A stretch of 64,000 nucleotides of DNA from a virus, in IMG/VR virus record IMGVR_UViG_3300025117_000049, positions 32,828 through 96,827 of that record. One strand, 5' to 3'. Under the pieces are notes generated by a model. The model saw only the letters and a list, made by a program, of their open reading frames with translations. It searched no databases and was not told where the DNA came from. Both the position numbers and the translations under genes were made by a program. Position 1 is the first letter of the stretch, and every line of letters begins with the position of its first letter. Positions 44,884-54,251 of the stretch are shown here, one piece after another.

Positions 44884-46989
44884 ATGAAACGATTTTTAAT
44901 CGGCCTGATTGTTTCGGCGTTGTTCTTTGGGGCTCCGCTCGCCAATGCTGGGTCTTATACCGCCAATAATTATTTCTGGAAACCAGCTTACCGGGAAAGT
45001 GGTCCTGCAGCTTACAATTCCTATAATGCCGCCCTGGACGCTACAGATTTATTTTTAGCAAGCCTGGAGCCCTTGCCTGCCCTGATTGCTAACTGGGCCA
45101 TTACAGACCAAATTGTCACGATGATTCCGGTCGCACCGACTTACATTGATGTAAATACTTTTCAGCTATTGGGAGACTACACTTCAAGATTTCCTGCTGG
45201 GGCGGTGGTCCATGTACAATTTGTTACCGGTACAATGGGCTATAGCACAGTGAGTTCTAGTACTTTTGTTGGCGCAGTAACATCTGTTGATCTTACCGAC
45301 AACATCTGTTCTGCATCCATGAATCGGATCTACGTGGTAGCCACCAGGGACGGCTTATGGCCGAATGGGCCGGGCTACGTGGTGGCCCGGGACTACGGTA
45401 CTACCAGAGCAGCCCTGGAAGCGGCGGATGCAGTTGCAACGGCTGCCGGAAAAGAACTGCGGATCACCTACGCCTACACGATTGATGCTGATGTCACTCT
45501 GGCCTCCCCCAAGGTCACGGTTCAGCCTGGGGTACCCTTTGCGATCAGCACCGGCAATACTCTGACTATCAGCGGTTCTTTGAATGCCGGTTCTTACCAG
45601 ATCTTCTCTTGCACCGGGACCGGGGCGGTATCGATCACCAACAAAACCGTGCCTATTCATTCAGTCTGGTTCGGTACTTTGCCTCAGGCAGTTGCAGCAG
45701 TGCCGGCCGGCGGGCGGCTGATTATTGATGCTGCCACCTATAACCTGACCGCGGCCCTGGCGATCAGTCAAAACGATGTTACGGTTGAAGGCCAGGGAGA
45801 TACTACCATCCTGGTTTCTCCGTCTTCCGGCTCAGTGGACAGCGTTTACATTACCGGGGACCGGGTCACGTTCAAGAATCTCAAAATCACGCCTACCGGG
45901 ACTTACTCGGGCAGTCTTGTCCACGTATACCAGGCCCCCAATGCTCAGGTTACGGGTTTGTTTTTAGACGGTAGTGCGGCTACTGCTAATTATGGCTACG
46001 GAATTTGGGTGCAGGAATCCGATAAATCCATAGTTCAGGGAAACCGTTTTACGGCCATTAATGGGGCCACAAATAGGGGATGGAATAACATCCAAATAGA
46101 AGATTCGGCGGATGTTGTAGCAGAACATAACTATATCAACGGGGGGCGTCAGTGGGGGATTAATGTCATATCCGGGACTGGCGTTTCTACCGGAGCCAAA
46201 ATAGCCTTTAACACAGTTCAAAATACCGTTGGAGTTGGCGTGCTGGCCTGGAATGGCTACGCCTCCATAATCGGAAATAGAATTAAAGATTGTGGCGTAG
46301 GTGCTATTTATGTGACTGGCGACACGACAACCCCGCTTGGCGCCACGAACAACGGAACAGTAGTAATCGGGAACATGATAAGCGGAATTACTGGAACTGC
46401 TGCTGCCATTGGTCTTGAGTGGGACGTTCATTTCTTTTCAGTTATTGGAAACACAATCATCGGGTGCTATAATGGCATCGGGATGATCAGAGATGTTACT
46501 GACGGTGTTGTATCTGGTAACACCATCAGCGGTGCAACAAGGGATGGGATTCAATCAACCCTTTACGCTGGATCGCCTAACGCTCGGATAAACATTCAGG
46601 GCAATGTCATAACCTCTGCAACTCGTTACGGCATATACGTTGATGAGGCGGCAAGTAACGGTATCCAGTCGGTTGACAACATCGTCACCAGTAGCGGAAC
46701 TGCGAATTTTTCTTATGCTGTCGGGGTCCTGGCGAACTTAACCGGCTCTGCTACCTGGGACCCGGCCAGCATAGCGGATGGTGCCATGACCAGCACTACG
46801 GTAACGGTCTCCGGGGCCAGAACTGGAAGCCCGGTTTATGTCGCCTTCTCCAATGCGGTTCCGGCTGGTGCACTCCTGGCCGGTAATGTCACTGCCAACG
46901 GTGAAGTGACGGTAACGCTATTCAATAAGACTGGGGGTGCGTTAGATTTGGCCTCCGGGACGCTGAGTGTGGACGTGTGGAAGCACTAG
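44884..46989 (+). CDS. tailspike-like right-handed beta-helix protein with signal peptide
   Basis: parallel beta-helix repeats (I.GN.I..G...GI); MKRFLIGLIVSALFFGAPLANA leader after an AAGGAGG RBS. Confidence 0.75.
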   Translation: MKRFLIGLIVSALFFGAPLANAGSYTANNYFWKPAYRESGPAAYNSYNAALDATDLFLASLEPLPALIANWAITDQIVTMIPVAPTYIDVNTFQLLGDYTSRFPAGAVVHVQFVTGTMGYSTVSSSTFVGAVTSVDLTDNICSASMNRIYVVATRDGLWPNGPGYVVARDYGTTRAALEAADAVATAAGKELRITYAYTIDADVTLASPKVTVQPGVPFAISTGNTLTISGSLNAGSYQIFSCTGTGAVSITNKTVPIHSVWFGTLPQAVAAVPAGGRLIIDAATYNLTAALAISQNDVTVEGQGDTTILVSPSSGSVDSVYITGDRVTFKNLKITPTGTYSGSLVHVYQAPNAQVTGLFLDGSAATANYGYGIWVQESDKSIVQGNRFTAINGATNRGWNNIQIEDSADVVAEHNYINGGRQWGINVISGTGVSTGAKIAFNTVQNTVGVGVLAWNGYASIIGNRIKDCGVGAIYVTGDTTTPLGATNNGTVVIGNMISGITGTAAAIGLEWDVHFFSVIGNTIIGCYNGIGMIRDVTDGVVSGNTISGATRDGIQSTLYAGSPNARINIQGNVITSATRYGIYVDEAASNGIQSVDNIVTSSGTANFSYAVGVLANLTGSATWDPASIADGAMTSTTVTVSGARTGSPVYVAFSNAVPAGALLAGNVTANGEVTVTLFNKTGGALDLASGTLSVDVWKH

Positions 46990-47033
46990 GAAATAAAATA
47001 TCAGCCACGTTGCACAGTGAGGGGAGGGGATTC

Positions 47034-47345
47034 ATGGCAAATGAGATCAAAAGCATGGCCGAACACGTTGACCTGTTGCTTTATCTGATTGGAGTGTTGG
47101 TCAGCGGCGGTATAGTTGAAACCCTCCGGCGGCTGGTGCGGATGGAAAAGAAGCAAGACGAGCAGAGGGCCACGCATGAGCAATGCCGTCTTACCCTCAT
47201 GTCTAAGGAAGATTTTACTCATTGGAAGGTAACTGATTTTAGAGAATGGAAAGACGGCAGAGATGGGCCGGATGGAATCTGGCACTCTATTAATAACCAC
47301 TCCCATGTTGGCATTGAAGGGAGTGGGAAGGTGGTGAAGACATGA
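47034..47345 (+). CDS. membrane protein, holin/antiholin-like
   Basis: one TM segment plus coiled coil; first gene of the lysis module. Confidence 0.5.
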   Translation: MANEIKSMAEHVDLLLYLIGVLVSGGIVETLRRLVRMEKKQDEQRATHEQCRLTLMSKEDFTHWKVTDFREWKDGRDGPDGIWHSINNHSHVGIEGSGKVVKT

Positions 47346-47791
47346 AAACTGGCCAAGACCTTCTTGAACTGGCCGCAAGTCGCATAGGTGAAGATTACGT
47401 CTACGGGGCCAACGTAGACCTTGACGATCCCGACTGGCATGGGCCGTGGGACTGCGCTGAGTTCTGTACCTGGGTTGTTAAGCAGGTGACAGGGCAGACC
47501 TATGGGTGCCTGGATAACGACGATACAGACGATCCCGAACCCTATACCGGCGGCTGGAAAAAAGATGTGCGGAAAGGGGTGGTCAAACAGATTACCGTGG
47601 CCAGAGCCGCTAAGACTCCTGGGGCTATCCTCTTGCGATACCGAGAGGGAGGCAAGCATATTGTATTCGTTGCGGAGAACTGGACCACCATCGAGGCCAA
47701 GAGCGCCACGTATGGAGTTTGCCGGGGGAGAGTAGGAAACCTGGCTGGCTGGGATTTTGGAATACTTGTCCCGGAGGTGACGTATGTTTGA
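47342..47791 (+). CDS. endolysin, NlpC/P60 (CHAP-like) family
   Basis: IGEDYVYGA...WDCAEF...HIVF...TIEA. Confidence 0.75.
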   Translation: MKTGQDLLELAASRIGEDYVYGANVDLDDPDWHGPWDCAEFCTWVVKQVTGQTYGCLDNDDTDDPEPYTGGWKKDVRKGVVKQITVARAAKTPGAILLRYREGGKHIVFVAENWTTIEAKSATYGVCRGRVGNLAGWDFGILVPEVTYV

Positions 47792-47987
47792 CTTAAAGGG
47801 ATACACCGCACCCGTTCTCGCCGTCATCGTGACAGTAGGAGGCCTAGCAGCCGTGTGCTTTAAGCCGGAGGTTAAGACTGAGATTATTGGAATTATGACC
47901 CTGGTCTTGTCCTTTTATTTCGGGAGTTCGACAGGGAGCGAGTTCAAAAATAAGCTTTTGGATAAGGATAAGAAGGAGGGTTTATGA
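47784..47987 (+). CDS. holin
   Basis: two TM segments and SFYFGSS motif. Confidence 0.7.
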   Translation: MFDLKGYTAPVLAVIVTVGGLAAVCFKPEVKTEIIGIMTLVLSFYFGSSTGSEFKNKLLDKDKKEGL

Positions 47988-48088
47988 GGCGGCTTCTGAT
48001 AGCGATATTCATAGTCTGCTTGCTGACGCCGATTTGTGTTTCAGGGTGCTTTCCTTTCAATCCCTACGGGGATGGAAGAAATAATTAA
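47984..48088 (+). CDS. 34 aa lipoprotein-like peptide
   Basis: MRRLLIAIFIVCLLTPICVSGC...; GGAGG RBS; below the ORF-track cutoff. Confidence 0.4.
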   Translation: MRRLLIAIFIVCLLTPICVSGCFPFNPYGDGRNN

Positions 48089-48098
48089 AGGAGGATGT

Positions 48099-48602
48099 AT
48101 GAGAAAAATCCTGGTAGCTTTACTGATTTTATCCCTGGCTGGCTGTGCCACCACCTCAACCACTCAACCGCCCCAGGCTATCCCAGCGATCCCGCCGGGG
48201 TGTGAGCAGTCTGTCGTCTATACCAAGATGCCCGGCTTCATGCCTAATGGCCCAATGCTTGCCAGGGTGGGGGTATCTACGTCGCTGGCGGTGCTGGCCG
48301 TAGCAGAACCCCAGGCTGGCCGGGCTGCTAACCTGATCGTAGCAACCGTGATGCCCGTGCTCTATCGGGCGACTCTTACGAATAACCTGGCTCCGGTCAT
48401 GGTCACCGTTAGAGAGAAGTTCAAGGGTTCGGATAAGTATATCGCTATTGCCCAGCCTTTGCTTGTTTTGTTCGACGCTCTTAGTCAGGCTGGCATGGTG
48501 CAGGGCGGGGTTACGCTTACTGATTGCGATAAGAACGTCTTGGCGTCGTTATTCCGCAATATCGGGCTGGACTCCGGGACTGACCCGGTGTTGTTTCAGT
48601 AG
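48099..48602 (+). CDS. lipoprotein (possible spanin)
   Basis: MRKILVALLILSLAGC lipobox; lies in the lysis module. Confidence 0.65.
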   Translation: MRKILVALLILSLAGCATTSTTQPPQAIPAIPPGCEQSVVYTKMPGFMPNGPMLARVGVSTSLAVLAVAEPQAGRAANLIVATVMPVLYRATLTNNLAPVMVTVREKFKGSDKYIAIAQPLLVLFDALSQAGMVQGGVTLTDCDKNVLASLFRNIGLDSGTDPVLFQ

Positions 48603-48609
48603 GAAGAAT

Positions 48610-48643
48610 AAAAAGGGCGGCCCCCGCAATAGGAGTCGCCCTC
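48610..48643 (-). terminator. terminator at the convergence of the late and early arms
   Basis: minus strand AGGGCGACTCC-TATTGC-GGGGGCCGCCCT stem followed by TTTT. Confidence 0.6.
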
Positions 48644-48810
48644 GGGCCATGAAGGCCGATGCCGGGTGCTACATTCTATAAACTTTTAAACTAATCACCG
48701 AAACTCCGCTTACTTCGCATGGTTCAATTCCTCCAGTCAAGGGTTAAGTTGCGTATATTAAAAATACTTACATAAAGAAATTTAAAAGTCAAGGTTTTTT
48801 TGGGGTTATT

Positions 48811-49215
48811 TTAGCCCTCCGTAGCCCTTGCCGCTTTGAGGATGGCAAGGCATTGATCGTGGTCGTATTCAAGAACTCTCTGAGGTCGGTTAGGAAGCAT
48901 CTTTTTGCAAATAAAACCAGCCTGAATTAATCCTGTAGTGAGGTATTCCAGAGTTAAATACCATCCCTCCTCCCTCATCTTCTCCACCAGCATCCAGATT
49001 TGGCCGGTCTGTGGGTTGTCGGGTTGCCAATTATCTTTGAACATTCTCGTATGCTCGCTTGTTACCCAAACAGCATTAGCATCAGGATCGGTGTAATACC
49101 CCATCTTCCTCGCCGCCCAGTCCCGCAGTTCTTGGATTTCTTCATTGTTTCTCATCCCTCCCCTCGCCCGATATTCATTCCGCCTCGGAGCCGGGCGGGG
49201 GTTACTGACAAACAC
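48811..49215 (-). CDS. hypothetical protein (NinX/ABA-sandwich-like)
   Basis: A..MG...W.P......IW.LVEKM...AI..AA pattern; start uncertain. Confidence 0.55.
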   Translation of the reverse strand: MFVSNPRPAPRRNEYRARGGMRNNEEIQELRDWAARKMGYYTDPDANAVWVTSEHTRMFKDNWQPDNPQTGQIWMLVEKMREEGWYLTLEYLTTGLIQAGFICKKMLPNRPQRVLEYDHDQCLAILKAARATEG

Positions 49216-49319
49216 ATGGGTAGCAACCGCAACTTTGACAGGTCATGTATTTGGCCAGGTCAATCACCCCCTCCTTCCGCAGTTGCGGTGCCGGGATGCG
49301 CTCCGGGTAGGTGGTTAGG

Positions 49320-49601
49320 TTATCCCCTTACTATTCTAACCACCACCGGATCGCCTAAAACATCGTAAGTTTCTTCCAGTAATCCTATCGGTAATGAATC
49401 AGATAGTCCTGTATGAACATCATAAAAATGACCAAGTAATTCTGCCATTTTCTTAATTATAGACTTTCTGCTGTCCATTTCTTCCGCAAAATCTTTTGGT
49501 ATCCATTTACCTGGTATTCCCTCCTGATGCATTGATTTCTCCTTATCTTTTAGGGTGATTATCTCATTGCAATTTGGACATAGAATCCATTCTGGTTTCA
49601 T
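49320..49601 (-). CDS. hypothetical CxxC protein
   Basis: MKPEWILCPNC; GGAG RBS. Confidence 0.55.
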   Translation of the reverse strand: MKPEWILCPNCNEIITLKDKEKSMHQEGIPGKWIPKDFAEEMDSRKSIIKKMAELLGHFYDVHTGLSDSLPIGLLEETYDVLGDPVVVRIVRG

Positions 49602-49658
49602 ACACAATTACTCCTTCCAAAATAGTCGCCCCTCTTCACGCCCAGGGGCGGGGGCGTC

Positions 49659-49779
49659 TGGTTGCGGGCCGGATTCCCCACCCGGCTACCGTTCCCTATC
49701 TCTCTGACTGATTCACCTCTCAGGGCAGTAAGAAATAGGCTGGTCCACCGTACCCGGCGCTGCCACGCCGCCGCAACCA
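49659..49779 (-). ncRNA. tRNA-like structured element 1
   Basis: terminal 9 bp stem TGGTTGCGG/CCGCAACCA directly preceded by GCCGG-GTGGGGAAT-CCGGC hairpin. Confidence 0.5.
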
Positions 49780-49789
49780 AATTATTAAA

Positions 49790-49904
49790 TGGAGCCATCG
49801 GCTTCCCGGCAAGAGGGTTGACGAGTATCGAGATCGAGTGTGGCCGGTACTGGGCTATTCCCGTTTTCACTCCTTGCCGCCTCACTGGTGCGTCCACCGC
49901 TCCA
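49790..49904 (-). ncRNA. possible structured element 2
   Basis: TGGAGC/GCTCCA terminal stem; AT-rich spacers on both sides; T-arm-like hairpin unclear. Confidence 0.3.
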
Positions 49905-49914
49905 AAATTGTTAT

Positions 49915-50057
49915 CCAGGTGGCCGGATTCTTAGTACCGGCTTAGGCAAGTTACTTATGGCTCAACAGGGTCTTATCGACCAAGGGCCAATGGTCTCCGA
50001 TCAGGGATCATGCTTACCGCCGACCAAGACTCCCGGTTCCCGCCGGGCCGCACCTGG
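49915..50057 (-). ncRNA. tRNA-like structured element 3
   Basis: 7 bp CCAGGTG/CACCTGG stem, CCCGG/CCGGG D-like arm, GCCGG-TACTAAGAAT-CCGGC T-like arm. Confidence 0.5.
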
Positions 50058-50077
50058 TTTGTTTCTGGTAAAGCGCC

Positions 50078-50127
50078 TTGGGGCGGGCCGGATTTTCCCA
50101 TTACCGGCTTCCAACGGCAGGCCCCAA
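50078..50127 (-). ncRNA. tRNA-like element 4 (T-like arm; 5' boundary uncertain)
   Basis: GCCGG-TAATGGGAAAAT-CCGGC followed by CCGCCCCA. Confidence 0.35.
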
Positions 50128-50257
50128 CAACCTCCTACCTCTCCATCCGCTCCTTGCCATTTACTACAGGCAGCCGTCCCTCAGCGCCACTGCTTTGCCC
50201 GCTTCGGGCCCCTGGACTAAACGACTCGCTGACACCCGCCGTGGGCAATCCAGGGGC

Positions 50258-50542
50258 CTACTTTAACGGCCGGGCCAGCCGCCAACCTTCCTTATGCCCA
50301 CGGCATATCCCCGTGCCAGTCCGTACGGACAAGGCCGGGAAATACTTTGAAAGATTCTTAAATCGGGGCCAGCCACAGGGACACTCCGGCATTTCCCGCC
50401 AGTTTCGATAGTTGCCGCAGTTCATGCACCGGTGTCGGTCCTTGAAATGCAAGGTATGTTTACAGCCTGCGCTCATCCTGTTCACCTTTTTACTGACCTT
50501 AGTACGGACACACGGGTCCCGCCCCCTACAGGTTTGTTTCAC
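50258..50542 (-). CDS. hypothetical Cys-rich protein
   Basis: multiple Cys motifs; true start probably MSAGC. Confidence 0.45.
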   Translation of the reverse strand: MKQTCRGRDPCVRTKVSKKVNRMSAGCKHTLHFKDRHRCMNCGNYRNWREMPECPCGWPRFKNLSKYFPALSVRTGTGICRGHKEGWRLARPLK

Positions 50543-50594
50543 TACTCTATAATCTGATCTAGGCTCGGGCCGAGTGAGGTTGTGTGTAATTACT

Positions 50595-51221
50595 CTAACG
50601 ATAATTTATTTTTGAAACCCCTTTAATCTTGCGTACCATAATGACCCGGTCGGCCCCGGCCAGTAGCTCAGGCCCTTCGTCCTCTCCGGTGATGATAATG
50701 AATTGTAATCCCAAGCGCTCGGATAGGCGGCCAATCAGCTCTGAGGCTCGTCGCTGATCCTCTCGGCCATGCAGGTTGCGGAACGGTTCATCTAAGATAA
50801 TCACCGGCCTAGTATCCCGACCCAGGGTCCAGAGCGCTACCCTGAGCAAGAAAGCCACCACGTCTACCAGCCCGCCCCCGTCTTGGTCTGATGGCCGTAT
50901 CCGGTGCCCCTCCGAATCTGCAAGCATGAGATCAACCTCTGTTTGTCCCCTGCGCTTCATGAAGTCGGCCTTGAACATATAGTCGGTATCATGGGGAAAA
51001 ACCGCTTCACATCCAGCCGTGACCATATCATCTAAGTAAATACCGACCTGCTCTTGCGTCTGCTTAGCCACATGCTGCAGGATGAGGCCCGATTCTTCTA
51101 TGTCCAAGGCCTCAAGTTGGAGCTGATCCCTGGCAGATTGCATGGCGTCAAGGGATTGCTGGATGGCCTGAAGGCGGCCACGATCCTGATCAAGGCGTTG
51201 GCGGAGTTTAGAGAGGGTCAT
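50595..51221 (-). CDS. SbcC/Rad50 C-terminal part (coiled coil, signature, Walker B)
   Basis: GGGLVDVVAF.LR, IILDEPF, QFIIIT, ADRV. Confidence 0.85.
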   Translation of the reverse strand: MTLSKLRQRLDQDRGRLQAIQQSLDAMQSARDQLQLEALDIEESGLILQHVAKQTQEQVGIYLDDMVTAGCEAVFPHDTDYMFKADFMKRRGQTEVDLMLADSEGHRIRPSDQDGGGLVDVVAFLLRVALWTLGRDTRPVIILDEPFRNLHGREDQRRASELIGRLSERLGLQFIIITGEDEGPELLAGADRVIMVRKIKGVSKINYR

Positions 51222-51369
51222 AAGTTTTTAAAATAGCCGGTCCAGATATTTTTATAAACCTTTCCTGTGCCGGATTGAAGAAAATCCATCATATTTGTTT
51301 GGCCAAAAATAAAGTTTTGTGGCACCCAAATAACATCTCCAATATAGCGCCATCCTAATAGCCATTGGA

Positions 51370-51681
51370 TTATTCGGTCCATCCCATTTCCTCCATGAGC
51401 ACGGAAACCCCGGATTCAAGCTCCTGTTCTAATCCGGCCACGTCACCTTCCAATTCTCGGATCATCGCCTCAGCCTGCTGGTCATCTGGGCAGCCGTACT
51501 CCCTGGATCGCTGGGACTCCAACTGTTTGATTTGCCCCTGGCCCTCAGCCTGGAGAACTTTTGCTTTTTCAGTCCATTCTTTCATAAGGCGAAGTTTTTC
51601 CACCCGGTCGGTGGCCCGCTGGGCGGCAATTTTGATTTTTTCCAGTTCTGGGAATGGGCTGGGTTGTTGTTGGTTATTCAT
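51370..51681 (-). CDS. coiled-coil protein, probable middle segment of split Rad50
   Basis: heptad-rich; lies between Mre11 and the Rad50 C-terminal part. Confidence 0.55.
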   Translation of the reverse strand: MNNQQQPSPFPELEKIKIAAQRATDRVEKLRLMKEWTEKAKVLQAEGQGQIKQLESQRSREYGCPDDQQAEAMIRELEGDVAGLEQELESGVSVLMEEMGWTE

Positions 51682-51877
51682 GATTAATCCTTTTCACAGC
51701 ATTTCAGGCAGTAATGATAATTGTCAGAAGAAACTCCATGTAATTTGCCGTCAGGAATAATACTGCCGCACTTTTTGCAATTATGTGGGCCGTACCATCC
51801 CCCATTTGCTTTCCGAATTTTTACTTTCTTTGTTATGTGAATTGTGGCTTTGTCGCCTGATTGAAATTGAATGCCTA

Positions 51878-52795
51878 TCATCCAACACACCTCCAGATCA
51901 TTTTATTGACAGATTCCCGTACCGGATTGGCTTCTAAATGGGCTTTCAAATTGGCTTCGAAATCCAATCCTAACTCCACTCCAGTGTCCAGCCGCTCCAC
52001 GAACGCCTCAATACGGCTATCCCTGGCCTTTTCCTCTTGGAGCTGGGCGAGATCGAGGATGTCTTGCTCTATAGGCAGGAAGATTTGTTCAAAAAATTGA
52101 TGTGATTCTTCATAACGAAATACACATGGTTGATGATCAACCTGTTTAGCAGTACTCCTCATCATAGATCCAGGATTAATGACTGCTTTAAAATCATTGC
52201 CCCTAGGCACCACGGCATTCTTCCCGTATTTCTCAACTATGGTCTGGTGATTATCCCCTGTCAGGATCAAATCATACCAAGGATATTCCCTGAGTAGTCT
52301 GCCTGGTTGCACTATCTCTTGGGTTGGCCAGAGCGGGTCGGCCGTGACCATTTTATGCCATAGCAGCATATTCCTGCGTTTCCGGTCCTGCATAGATTCA
52401 TCCGGAACCTCACTCCATGCACAGCCCCAGTAGGCCCATCCGTTTGTATGGATGATCGGCCCCCGGTCTTTGGTAAGTACTTTGACGACACCAGCAGCTT
52501 CCAGGACTGCCAATGAGGAACGATTGTATTGGGCCATAGAATGCTCGGGGAGGTCGTGTTGACCAAGAGTAGTAATTATTTCCACCTGGTATTCCCGAAA
52601 CAACCTTATGAGCCATTGCTCCAACTCCTGGTCGGACCGGGCCTTGTCCAACAGGTCGCCTCCGCAGAGTAGCGGTGGGCTGTGCTGGGCCAGGTCCAGG
52701 ATGAACAACAGCTTCTTTTCCATGGCCTGGATGAAATCGTCCTTGCGGGCACGGGGTACAGTGGAGCGGATGTGGAGGTCTGATGCGAGGATCAT
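51878..52795 (-). CDS. sbcD: SbcD/Mre11 metallophosphoesterase nuclease
   Basis: SDLH, GGDLLD, GQHD, WH, TGDNH, NPGS. Confidence 0.9.
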   Translation of the reverse strand: MILASDLHIRSTVPRARKDDFIQAMEKKLLFILDLAQHSPPLLCGGDLLDKARSDQELEQWLIRLFREYQVEIITTLGQHDLPEHSMAQYNRSSLAVLEAAGVVKVLTKDRGPIIHTNGWAYWGCAWSEVPDESMQDRKRRNMLLWHKMVTADPLWPTQEIVQPGRLLREYPWYDLILTGDNHQTIVEKYGKNAVVPRGNDFKAVINPGSMMRSTAKQVDHQPCVFRYEESHQFFEQIFLPIEQDILDLAQLQEEKARDSRIEAFVERLDTGVELGLDFEANLKAHLEANPVRESVNKMIWRCVG

Positions 52796-53061
52796 TTTAA
52801 TACGACCTTGAATAAATGCCAGATGAACCACCGATCAGGGAACGTAGCAATATGCTGTTTGTCTCTGATGTTATCTGGAATTGGATTGCCGGTCCCGATC
52901 ACAGCAAACCGCTCGGTCTGGAGTTGCTTCTCCGTATCAACCTCTGCCCATAGACACGGTTGACCATTTTGGATGAAAGCTGTAAGTATCTTGGCTCCAG
53001 CCGGTAGTTTCAACTCGAATAGACCAGTTATTTCAAAAGGATATTTGAAGATTGTTTTCAT
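52792..53061 (-). CDS. conserved phage hypothetical protein
   Basis: MKTIFKY...LP.GA.IL...Q...LWAEVD...GTG...WHLF. Confidence 0.7.
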   Translation of the reverse strand: MKTIFKYPFEITGLFELKLPAGAKILTAFIQNGQPCLWAEVDTEKQLQTERFAVIGTGNPIPDNIRDKQHIATFPDRWFIWHLFKVVLK

Positions 53062-54251
53062 TTAACCTCCTGGCCACATAGCGGGCACTGATGGCCAAAT
53101 TCAGCCTTCATATCAGCTTCCATTTGTATTATTATAGGTCGTTGGGCTGCAACCGTGGCCTTGGCCGTGGCAATCTGGCCATTCAGGGCTTGGAGTCGGG
53201 TAATGTGTCTGCGCTTGGCTTCCAAGTGATTCTGTTTTGTCAAAAACTCCGATATCCAACCATCCTGGGCCAACCCCGGCTCCAGCATAGCCATAGACTC
53301 TCGGCCTGCGGCAAGATCGTCTTGGAGACTCAACAACCCATTGAGTTTGATGATCTTGGCCGCCAGTACAGAATGCTTTTGCACCAATGAAATAACCAGC
53401 CCATCCTGGGCAATGCCCGGCTGGAGTAACGCCATCTGCCCCCGGAGCACGCCAAGTTCATGCTGTAACCCCATAAGCCGGCCTTGCCTGCTGGACTTGT
53501 CGACTATCTCATCTTGCACTCCCAGGAGCCAATCAACCGATTCGGGCACCCCTTCTGGAATCCTGGTGGCTTCCAAGGAGGTTCTTAGGGCTGTCAGTTG
53601 TCTTTGCATGATACCCAAACCTACGATCTTGCGGCCCTTGTCTTCTATTTCCTTGTCCTTGCCTTCCAGGATGCCCAGCTTAGCGGCACCTGCCTCCAGG
53701 TCAGGAAAGGTCCCAGTCTGTCCTTCCAGTTCGGCGATCCTGGCCTCAGCTGCCTTTAGCTCTTGGTCATTCTTTCTCTTGATGGATGCATGGTTGGCCA
53801 GGGTCCGGTCGATCACATCCAGCTTGACCACTCGATTCAAAATCCTGGCCACCTCTCCCGGGGTATCAAACAACAAGAATGGCCGGTCATGTTGGCCGGC
53901 AATGTTCAGTTCTCCTAATTTCAGGGCATCAGTCACCGCCTGGGGCACACCCTGGCCAAACCCGGACATCTCTTCGCCATCCACGATGTACCGCTGGGGA
54001 TTGCCTCCTTCCCAGGTGACACAATGGCCCTCGGTGGTCACTACCTCCACCTGGGAAATGTTTTTGGGATTGTGCTTGTGGGTCCATCGCTCCATGCCCT
54101 GCACCGGGCGGTTCTGGACAACCTTGACCAGCGCACGAAGCACAGCGGTTTTTCCCTGGCGGCTCCGGCCAATTATGTAATTGACTTTTGGGGAAAATTC
54201 TACCAGGGAGTTTTTATGACTTTGTAAGGTCAGGCGAATGGATTGGAGCAT
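53058..54251 (-). CDS. sbcC: SbcC/Rad50 N-terminal part (Walker A, Q-loop, coiled coil, Zn-hook)
   Basis: IIGRSRQGKTAVLRAL, GQHD, terminal CPLCGQ. Confidence 0.85.
   Translation of the reverse strand: MLQSIRLTLQSHKNSLVEFSPKVNYIIGRSRQGKTAVLRALVKVVQNRPVQGMERWTHKHNPKNISQVEVVTTEGHCVTWEGGNPQRYIVDGEEMSGFGQGVPQAVTDALKLGELNIAGQHDRPFLLFDTPGEVARILNRVVKLDVIDRTLANHASIKRKNDQELKAAEARIAELEGQTGTFPDLEAGAAKLGILEGKDKEIEDKGRKIVGLGIMQRQLTALRTSLEATRIPEGVPESVDWLLGVQDEIVDKSSRQGRLMGLQHELGVLRGQMALLQPGIAQDGLVISLVQKHSVLAAKIIKLNGLLSLQDDLAAGRESMAMLEPGLAQDGWISEFLTKQNHLEAKRRHITRLQALNGQIATAKATVAAQRPIIIQMEADMKAEFGHQCPLCGQEVK

Noticed and set aside
49659-50127. Canonical tRNA genes
   Set aside because: No GTTC T-loop, no 7 nt anticodon loop in the right place, and lengths are too long; reported only as tRNA-like.
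49598-50411. ORFs 49598..49897, 49662..49934, 49840..50220 and 50010..50411
   Set aside because: Mutually overlapping, Pro/Arg/Gly-rich and without RBS; better explained as structured non-coding DNA.
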